A program made the translations under genes and the position numbers. DNA of 64,000 nucleotides from Rickettsiales bacterium. GTDB lineage: Bacteria; Pseudomonadota; Alphaproteobacteria; Rickettsiales; UBA998. The first letter of the stretch is position 1. The number at the start of each line of letters is the position of its first letter. The notes under the pieces were generated by a model. It did not search any database, was not told where the DNA came from, and saw only the letters and a list, made by a program, of their open reading frames with translations. Location: NCBI GenBank assembly GCA_028279475.1, contig JANQNR010000005.1:6459-70458 (forward strand). Reading direction: 5' to 3'. Of this stretch, positions 57,178-64,000 are shown in pieces.

Positions 57178-58251
57178 ATGACCACCACCCCGCTACCAGA
57201 AACACCAACCAAACAAGACATCCAGCTTGAAAAAACCTTAGGAATTGCTCAGCTCGCTGTCAAACGGTTAGACCATGATGATCTTGTCAATACTATAGCG
57301 AACCTCTATCATCAGGCTTACTTATCACTTACGCATCAAGCGCATGAAGTTTCAGATCTGAATCAAGATAGAAATTTCACGGAGGAGTACGGAGAACTGC
57401 TCGATGATGCAGCAAGCACCTATACCAGATCACATAAGAAATTGGATAGCGATGAGTATACAAAGCAGGCACGCGAAATTGCCGAAACCTTTGTTGAATT
57501 ATTAAAAAATGCTTCTTCAATGGAGGATCTACACACACAATACAGGGAAATCATCCACGAGCCCTACAAGTTAGCAGAACCTATGGCTGCCTGTCGGGAA
57601 CATCGGGCAGAAAATATTGGCACCAAAGTTGCTGGGCTTATGGCAGACTCTGAGCATCCCGAACTTCCCATCCTTGATTATGGATGTGGCGGGGGCCGTC
57701 CCGCTGCCGAAGTGCAAAAAAATACGAACCGTACTATCATTGCTGCCGATGTTGGTAATTTTCTTGTCGATGGCATACCAGACACCGTGATCTTTGAACC
57801 CATTAGTGAAGGCAAAGGCTTATCACAAGTTCAGAATGCTTCTATTGGTGATGCATTCCTATCTTATGTCCTACACCATACGGATGGTGCAGCATACCAA
57901 GAGCAGTTCAATGAACTCTATCGCGTTCTTGCCGATGGGGGCAAATTGCATGTGCTGGAGACCGGTATTTCCGATGATGCTGGTCAACAAAATTTTGACA
58001 AAAAACATTTATTTCTAAAAGCTCAGTTGATCGATTTTATTACCAGCAATTTTTTCCGAGAAGAAACTATCCCGATGCCAGTACTTGGTCTCTATTTCGA
58101 TGAAGATACATGGACGACATATGCTGAAAAGGCCGGTTTTGAAAAAATACGTTCCTTACATACGGGTAAAGACAATTTCGGCGAAGATTGTTTTGAAATG
58201 ACATTCGTGAAGCGAACAGCAACTAAGGCACCAGAAACTTTGTCACGATAG
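57178..58251 (+). CDS. Class I SAM-dependent methyltransferase with an uncharacterised N-terminal region of about 160 aa
   Basis: Motif I ILDYGCGGGRPA, later ...LADGGKLHVLE. GC is lower than in the neighbouring genes (hand sampling). Confidence 0.65.
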   Translation: MTTTPLPETPTKQDIQLEKTLGIAQLAVKRLDHDDLVNTIANLYHQAYLSLTHQAHEVSDLNQDRNFTEEYGELLDDAASTYTRSHKKLDSDEYTKQAREIAETFVELLKNASSMEDLHTQYREIIHEPYKLAEPMAACREHRAENIGTKVAGLMADSEHPELPILDYGCGGGRPAAEVQKNTNRTIIAADVGNFLVDGIPDTVIFEPISEGKGLSQVQNASIGDAFLSYVLHHTDGAAYQEQFNELYRVLADGGKLHVLETGISDDAGQQNFDKKHLFLKAQLIDFITSNFFREETIPMPVLGLYFDEDTWTTYAEKAGFEKIRSLHTGKDNFGEDCFEMTFVKRTATKAPETLSR

Positions 58252-58286
58252 TTTTTTGCGCACAATTTTGAAGATGAGTAACATTG

Positions 58287-60089
58287 CTACCGTCGACCAA
58301 ATAGTTTTTCAATATCGTGACGTTTGAGTTCGACATAGGTTGGGCGGCCATGGTTACACTGGCCGGAATGGGGGGTTGTTTCCATCTGGCGCAGCAGGGC
58401 ATTCATCTCTGCTTCATTCATACGGCGTCCGGCGCGGATACTGCCATGGCAGGCCATGGTGCCACAGATTTCTTCCAATTTCTCGCGTAGCGACAGAGTT
58501 TCGCCATATTCACTCAGATCATCCGCCAGATCACGGATTAAACCCTGCACATCACTATCGCCAAGCAGGGCAGGGAGCTCGCGTACCACGACTGCGCCAC
58601 CACCGAAATGATCAATGATGAGCCCTAATGCAGCCAGCTCATCCGTACGTTTGAGCAGTGCCTGCGCGACGGTTTCCTCCAGTTCGACGACTTCAGGGAT
58701 GAGCAGTGCCTGTCGTTTGATGCCTTCCTCGGCGATGGCGGCTTTCATGCGCTCATAGACGAGACGTTCATGGGCGGCGTGTTGGTCGACAATCACTAGC
58801 CCATCCTCCGTTTCGGCAACGATATAAGTGCCGTGCAACTGGGCGCGGGCGGCGCCGAGCGGGTAAGATGAAGGAGTCGGTTGCGATGCTTCGGTGATTT
58901 GTGGCTGATGTTCCTGTACGGTGCTGGCATCCGGTGCCTGAAACGCGGCAAGCGCTGTTGCCTGAGCGGGGGAGACGGTGCGTGCCTGCGGTTGCCACTG
59001 ATAGCTATGTAGTGTTGGTTGTGGAGAAGGAGCGATCTGTGGTGTCATTGCTTCCAAAGCGGTGTGAGCGGTAGATGTTGAAGCACGGTGCCCCGCCTGC
59101 TCCAGCGCATGGCGCAAGCCGGAAACGATCAGGCCGCGCACTTTCGTATTATCCTGAAACCGTACCTCCGCCTTGGCCGGGTGGACATTGACGTCCACGT
59201 CCTCCGGTGGCAGGTCGAAGAACAGTACACAGACCGGATGCCGATCCCGAGCCAGGAAATCCTGATACGCACCTTTAATGGCACCCAGCAGGAGTCGGTC
59301 GCGCACCGGGCGGCCACCGACGAACAGATATTGCAGGCCGGAGGTACCGCGATTATAGGTCGGTACGGCGGCATAGCCGCTCATATGAATGGTTTCGCGC
59401 GAGACATCCAGCTTGCAGGCATTCTCGACAAACTCGCGCCCCATGATCTGTCCGAGACGGGGCAGACGGGCATCGAGCAGTTCGCCCTGTTCGGCAGGAA
59501 GGGTAAGACGAGGTTTGTCGTTATGGGTCAGGGTGATATGGACATGCGGATGCGCCATGGCGATGCGCTTGACGATGTCGGTAACCGCGTTCATTTCCGC
59601 CGTGTCGGATTTGAGGAATTTCAGCCGTGCCGGGGTGGCATAGAACAGGTCACTGACCGTCACTGTGGTGCCGGGTGGGCAGGCGGCGGGGGTTGGGTCG
59701 CTGATGGTGCCGGCATCGACGGCGACCTGCCAGCCATGCTCGGCGTTATGTGGACGACTGAGGAGTTTCAGACGACTGACCGAGGCGATGGAGGGCAGCG
59801 CTTCGCCACGAAACCCCAGATGGCGGATATGCACCAGATCATCATCGGGAAGTTTGGAGGTGGCATGCCGGGTCAGCGCCAGCGGCAGTTCCTCCTGTGT
59901 CATGCCCTTGCCGTTATCGGTGACGGTGATGCGCCGTTTACCACCGGCTTCCAGGGTGATGTCGATGCGCGTTGCCCCGGCATCCAGCGCGTTCTCAACC
60001 AGTTCCTTAACGGTAGAGGCCGGGCGCTCAATCACCTCGCCGGCGGCGATGCGGTTGACAAGATGGTTGGGCAGGATGCGGATGGGCAT
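58287..60089 (-). CDS. mutL: DNA mismatch repair protein MutL
   Basis: MPIRILPNHLVNRIAAGEVIERPASTVKELVENALDAGATRIDI... and C-terminal ...CNHGRPTYVELKRHDIEKLFGRR. The start was chosen at MPIRIL; the ORF opens at 60152. Confidence 0.95.
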   Translation of the reverse strand: MPIRILPNHLVNRIAAGEVIERPASTVKELVENALDAGATRIDITLEAGGKRRITVTDNGKGMTQEELPLALTRHATSKLPDDDLVHIRHLGFRGEALPSIASVSRLKLLSRPHNAEHGWQVAVDAGTISDPTPAACPPGTTVTVSDLFYATPARLKFLKSDTAEMNAVTDIVKRIAMAHPHVHITLTHNDKPRLTLPAEQGELLDARLPRLGQIMGREFVENACKLDVSRETIHMSGYAAVPTYNRGTSGLQYLFVGGRPVRDRLLLGAIKGAYQDFLARDRHPVCVLFFDLPPEDVDVNVHPAKAEVRFQDNTKVRGLIVSGLRHALEQAGHRASTSTAHTALEAMTPQIAPSPQPTLHSYQWQPQARTVSPAQATALAAFQAPDASTVQEHQPQITEASQPTPSSYPLGAARAQLHGTYIVAETEDGLVIVDQHAAHERLVYERMKAAIAEEGIKRQALLIPEVVELEETVAQALLKRTDELAALGLIIDHFGGGAVVVRELPALLGDSDVQGLIRDLADDLSEYGETLSLREKLEEICGTMACHGSIRAGRRMNEAEMNALLRQMETTPHSGQCNHGRPTYVELKRHDIEKLFGRR

Positions 60090-60228
60090 GGTGGTTTGGG
60101 GCTGGGGGTTAGGGTGTAGGGCTAGGGTATAGGGGTTACTCATCCCCTGCAACTGCCTTTTCTACAGTTGCGAATGCTTTCATTACCCACTATGGATATG
60201 GTCGTAAAAATAAAGTAGGTTACTTGTT

Positions 60229-60486
60229 ATGCCAACTTTGTTACGATAGAGCGGCTGAATATTCCTGTTCTATAGTTCGGATGGTGTCGGGCTGCCGCAT
60301 ATACATATCAGAAAAGGGCGTAAAGAAGTGAAAATCTGGTTGGAGAGTGGAAGTGTAGCTCGAAATTCTGGTGTCCGAAATTATGAAATGCATGAGTTGC
60401 AGCGCATAGTCATGAAGTATGATCAATTGGTTGGCAAACAGCAAGGTCAGGCTGTACGATTTGAAGATTCCCATTGCCAATCTTAG
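60229..60486 (+). pseudogene. DUF4160-family gene disrupted by two in-frame stop codons
   Basis: Reads MPTLLR*SG*IFLFYSSDGVGLPHIHIRKGRKEVKIWLESGSVARNSGVRNYEMHELQRIVMKYDQLV... This matches the DUF4160 pattern as I recall it (MPTIxRxGxYRFFFYSxExxEPPHxHVxxxxxEAKFWLxPVxLAxNxGFxxxELxxIxxxV). Stops are TAG at 60247 and TGA at 60256. Confidence 0.55.
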
Positions 60487-60508
60487 TTATTAGGGCCGAA
60501 AGCACATC

Positions 60509-61348
60509 ATGCAATTATTTGTAAACCATCTGACTACTATTGATTGCACCTATCTTGACCCAGAATTTGGGCTGATGGGAGCAAGTTGGATTGTCGATAT
60601 CGTGCTCGAAGGCGAGCTGGACTATCAAGGGATGGTAATGGATTTTGGTGATGTGAAAAAGCATATTAAGGATGTAATTGATAGCAGCCTTGACCATACG
60701 CTGCTGGTACCCACCAAATATAAGGATGTAGAGATTGAGCAGCAATCATCTTCATGCACAGTGACATATGTTTTTTCTAAAGGAAAAATCGAACATATCT
60801 CACCGATAGAGGCTGTCAGTTTGTTGGAAGTAGAGCATATTACGATCAGTGCACTAGAAGATTTTCTAAACCGCATCATTTCAGCATCGCTTCCAGAAAA
60901 TAGGTTATCAGTAGATATCGTTCTTCGTGAAGAAGAAATAGAAGGCGCACGTTACGGATATAGCCATGGATTAAAGCTGCACGAAGGAAACTGTCAGAGG
61001 ATCGCTCATGGGCACCGTTCTCGGATTAAAATAATGGAAAAATCCGCACGTTCAACTGATCTGGAACAAGAATGGGCGCAACGCTGGCACGGTCAATATC
61101 TTGCCAATAAAATAGATATTAAGCGATCATTTGAGGAAAATGGAATCGCTTATACCGTGTTTGCTTATGAAGCATCACAAGGGTCCTTCAAGCTGACCAT
61201 TCCGACAACATGTTGTTCTCTCATTGATAATGAAACAACTATTGAATATTTAGGCCAGCATATATGTGAGACGCTATGTCAAGAAACAGGGAAAACACTG
61301 AAAGTTTTCGCCTATGAAGGAGTGAATAAAGGTGCGATAGCCGGTTAG
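60509..61348 (+). CDS. 6-pyruvoyl-tetrahydropterin synthase / QueD-family protein (long, two-lobed form)
   Basis: N-terminal ...GMVMDFGDVKKHIKDVIDSSLDHTLLVP and the later CQRIAHGHRSRI resemble PTPS/QueD signatures. Confidence 0.55.
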   Translation: MQLFVNHLTTIDCTYLDPEFGLMGASWIVDIVLEGELDYQGMVMDFGDVKKHIKDVIDSSLDHTLLVPTKYKDVEIEQQSSSCTVTYVFSKGKIEHISPIEAVSLLEVEHITISALEDFLNRIISASLPENRLSVDIVLREEEIEGARYGYSHGLKLHEGNCQRIAHGHRSRIKIMEKSARSTDLEQEWAQRWHGQYLANKIDIKRSFEENGIAYTVFAYEASQGSFKLTIPTTCCSLIDNETTIEYLGQHICETLCQETGKTLKVFAYEGVNKGAIAG

Positions 61349-61507
61349 AATACCTGACCGAAACAGTATGTGTTTTCTGTATTGTATCTGACTATAGCAA
61401 TAGTATTGATTATCAATGCGTTTAGTGAATAGCCAAAAATGCAGATTGGCAATTTGCAAGAAGTCAACTATATGGTGGATTGTAGAATAGAACAAAAGGT
61501 CAGAAAT

Positions 61508-61975
61508 ATGTTGGCAAAGCGAATTAGCATAGAACAAGTGGAAGAAGGGGAAGAGTTGGCGCCGAAATTTGATGCTGATGGGCTGATTCCCGTTGTTACA
61601 ACCAGTGTCAAAACTGGCGAAGTGCTGATGCTTGGCTATATGAACCAGGAAGCATTAGAAAAAACGATTGAAACTGGTGAGGCTCATTATTGGAGCCGAA
61701 GTCGTCAGATTCTTTGGCATAAAGGGGCGACAAGTGGCTATGTCCAAAAGGTAGTAGAGCTTCGTATTGATGACGATCAAGACGCCGTATGGCTCAATGT
61801 GGAAATGGAAGGCGAAGAAGCGAGTTGCCATGTTGGATATCGGTCTTGTTTTTACCGTGCTGTACCGACAGGTAAAGCCTCTGAAGGTCCGATTACATTA
61901 GAGTTCAAGGAAGCTGAAAAAGTCTTTGATCCCGAAAAAGTCTACGGTGACGTTCCCAACCCAACGCAATTATAG
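61508..61975 (+). CDS. hisI: Phosphoribosyl-AMP cyclohydrolase
   Basis: [88 protein letters not shown]. The ORF opens at 61439 and the start is uncertain. Confidence 0.88.
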   Translation: MLAKRISIEQVEEGEELAPKFDADGLIPVVTTSVKTGEVLMLGYMNQEALEKTIETGEAHYWSRSRQILWHKGATSGYVQKVVELRIDDDQDAVWLNVEMEGEEASCHVGYRSCFYRAVPTGKASEGPITLEFKEAEKVFDPEKVYGDVPNPTQL

Positions 61976-62190
61976 GTTTTTTGCATACGGTCATCTTGGT
62001 CACTCAAATACATCAACAACCCTTCTGATAAAATCAGTGACATGCCACGACTCAGACTAAACCTGGCAATCGCTAAATCCATTGAAGGAATAACAGCTGC
62101 GTTTTGACCCTGATATCCAAAAAATAAGGAAGCATTTAGAGGTATGTCTGAGTAGTCTGGTTCAGTTCTGCTGTAGGTGCTGGGGATTTT

Positions 62191-63030
62191 TTAATCAACC
62201 AGCGTCAGTACCATGCCTTCTTTGGCGATGACGGCGTCCTGGGAAAAGTTCTTCTCCGCGTCCTGAGCGCGCGCATCGAGATCGGTATCAGTGGCGGATG
62301 GGTCGTGATGGAACATGACCAGTTGGCCGACGCCGGCGGCTTCTGCCAGCCGCATCCCCTGCTGCCAGGTCGAATGCCCCCAGCCGATATAGGGTTCAAA
62401 ATTGCGATCATCATAGGTGCAGTCATAGATAAACACGTCGGTACCCTTGACGAATTCCACCAGTGCTTCGTCCAGCCCGTCCTTCAAATGCTCAATATCG
62501 GTAATGTAGCAAACGGATTTATCTTTATAATTGATGCGATACCCGGTGGCGCGATCCGGGTGATTCAGCGGCAGGGTTTCAACGGTGATCTCATGGCGGC
62601 GGAAATCGGCGTGACGTAGGGTTTGTCCGGCAGAGAAATCATGAAACGCCAGTTGTGAGGTGAGCGTATGCAGTGGTACCGGAAAGATCGGTGGTGACAT
62701 CAGCCGAATCAGTGCTTCATTGATAAACATATCGGGTAACAAATGCCCTGCCCAGATGTCGGCGGAAAATTCCTCATCAAAAATCCGGCGCATACAGCAC
62801 AGCCCTAGAATATGATCCAGATGTGTATGGCTTAGCAGTAAATGCAGATGCGATATGTCTTCTTGTTCGCCTAGCCCGATAATGCCGGTGCCGGCGTCCA
62901 GGGCGAAAATGATATTGCCACAGCGGACTTCCACGCAGGAGGTGTTGCCGCCATAGCCCAGTTTTGAGGCGTGTGGGGTCGGGATGGTGCCGCGCACCCC
63001 CCAGAATTTGACATAGAACGAGCCACTCAT
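62191..63030 (-). CDS. MBL-fold metallo-hydrolase
   Basis: HTHLDHILG motif plus later HH/D ligand motifs. 279 aa. Confidence 0.8.
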   Translation of the reverse strand: MSGSFYVKFWGVRGTIPTPHASKLGYGGNTSCVEVRCGNIIFALDAGTGIIGLGEQEDISHLHLLLSHTHLDHILGLCCMRRIFDEEFSADIWAGHLLPDMFINEALIRLMSPPIFPVPLHTLTSQLAFHDFSAGQTLRHADFRRHEITVETLPLNHPDRATGYRINYKDKSVCYITDIEHLKDGLDEALVEFVKGTDVFIYDCTYDDRNFEPYIGWGHSTWQQGMRLAEAAGVGQLVMFHHDPSATDTDLDARAQDAEKNFSQDAVIAKEGMVLTLVD

Positions 63031-63170
63031 GGCCCCGATATAACCATGATAGCCGTTAAGTTTTTATGAATATAGTATTTCCCATTTCATCCCGTATAGC
63101 ACGTTGCGTTTATGCTTGCGTGTTTTACACGTCATCATAAATGCAAGGTCGTGCTATACATCATATAATA

Positions 63171-63254
63171 TATAGCAGTTCCTTGACTTTATGACAGGTG
63201 CTGTTACTCAAAATACATAGAAGACATAGGCAATCATAAAGTCAAACTGCTATA
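63171..63254. repeat. Hairpin element with termini TATAGCAGTT ... AACTGCTATA (copy 2)
   Basis: The arms TATAGCAGTTCCTTGACTTTATGA / TCATAAAGTCAAACTGCTATA form an imperfect inverted repeat of about 20 bp. The outer 10 bp are the same as at 8849-8905. Confidence 0.6.
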
Positions 63255-63369
63255 CGTCGTCAATCGTCGGCTCATGTAGTGTCCCTACACTTCGCCTCGA
63301 TTTCCTAGTACGAAATGAAAGCGAAAATACTATAAGGAAAATTTTCGGAAGATGATAATAGCGGAATAC

Positions 63370-63822
63370 TTATTCTTTATCCAATGTGGAAGACTCAGCC
63401 AACGCCAATTGCTGTTCCAGTATCTCTTTCCAAGCTTCGCCGTTACTGAAAGAACCTAAGGATTCTGTCGGAACGTCGGCGCTGGGATAGTGCCCATCAC
63501 TGGCTTCGTACCAGCTAAATAGATCAGGAATCTGTAAGCGTAGCATTTCCAGCATGGCATTGATCTCTTCTTCCTTGTTTTCTCCGAGATGCACGCCGCA
63601 GAGTAGGGCAATGGAATCAATATGAGTCCAGCGGGGCAACGTTTTGCGCTCAGCGCGCATCGCACGCATTTCCCGCAATTCATGGCGCATTTTGTCGCGT
63701 CTGCCGTCGGAAGTCCGGTATTCGCCTAAGCCGAAGGTCATATTGGCAAGGTCGCGATACCACGCCCGCGCCTTGAAGGCCTCGGCTTCCTGCTTGGATC
63801 GTTCACCGATGGTGGTTGTCAT
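63370..63822 (-). CDS. Hypothetical protein (150 aa)
   Basis: Clean ORF with plausible charged/helical composition and no recognisable motif. Confidence 0.5.
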   Translation of the reverse strand: MTTTIGERSKQEAEAFKARAWYRDLANMTFGLGEYRTSDGRRDKMRHELREMRAMRAERKTLPRWTHIDSIALLCGVHLGENKEEEINAMLEMLRLQIPDLFSWYEASDGHYPSADVPTESLGSFSNGEAWKEILEQQLALAESSTLDKE

Positions 63823-63893
63823 GTATTACAGTATAGGGGATGGGGGTGGTGAATGGTGTGATGATTCTATGACATTCACGTGATTGCGATTCA

Positions 63894-64000
63894 CTAATGC
63901 AGGGTGCGTGGCTTCGTTTCTTCCAATTGGAGGCGCTCAACATGGCTGATGTCACGAGAATTATCGCGTTCTCCACCAGCATAACGCTCGACAAAGCCAC
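63894..64000 (-). CDS. Possible 3' end of a gene that runs off the right edge
   Basis: The frame reading ...GFVERYAGGERDNSRDISHVERLQLEETKPRTLH* is open to the window edge. A different frame is listed in the ORF track, and I cannot decide which (if either) is real. Confidence 0.25.
   Translation of the reverse strand, partial: GFVERYAGGERDNSRDISHVERLQLEETKPRTLH

Noticed and set aside
59088-60119. 343-aa ORF on the plus strand inside mutL
   Set aside because: It is antisense to a canonical MutL and has the low-complexity G/R/D-rich composition typical of a shadow frame.
60241-60480. 79-aa minus-strand ORF in the mutL-queD-like spacer
   Set aside because: The plus strand of the same interval carries the DUF4160-like reading frame, which explains the sequence better. 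The minus ORF has no motif.

Overview
This 64-kb window looks like a proteobacterial chromosome. Gene content and synteny (hflK-hflC-degP, trpD-trpC, tesA/ybbA/ybbP-like, rmlBAD) suggest an alphaproteobacterium-like organism, but that is a low-confidence inference. About three quarters is housekeeping or ordinary accessory sequence. This includes infC, PBP1A, rarA, an RND efflux pair, an FtsX-type ABC exporter with a divergent tesA-like gene, trpDC, rmlB/A/D, hflKC-degP, a DD-carboxypeptidase with a SPOR domain, a FadN-like dehydrogenase, mutL and hisI. Five things stand out. (1) A composite island with no integrase sits at an initiator tRNA-fMet gene (about 43.8-53.4 kb). It is bounded by a perfect 51-bp direct repeat of the tRNA 3' half plus shorter nested att-like cores. 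It carries a co-directional fic / PstI-BsuBI-type methylase / endonuclease / compact OLD-family nuclease cassette, an ArdA remnant, and an AT-rich orphan gene pair with palindromic operators. A second small segment holds an AAA/DUF4143 ATPase, and a MazE-Doc module lies just beyond the last repeat. (2) A 20-codon relic of a mutL 3' end differs from the resident mutL almost only at synonymous positions. It abuts a translationally coupled acyl-CoA carboxylase alpha subunit and a Cys-rich repeat lipoprotein gene. (3) Two families of roughly 120-130 bp palindromic MITE-like elements occur in the trp-rml region, and two of the three copies are read through in frame by host ORFs. (4) A sigma-54 phosphorelay locus (1-7.3 kb) has two atypical receiver proteins, an OprO/P-type porin, a PhnD-like binding protein and a hybrid kinase. 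(5) An 826-aa orphan flagellin carries an internally duplicated variable region. I saw no rRNA, CRISPR array or intact transposase. All calls come from reading the sequence and the supplied translations; no database search was run.
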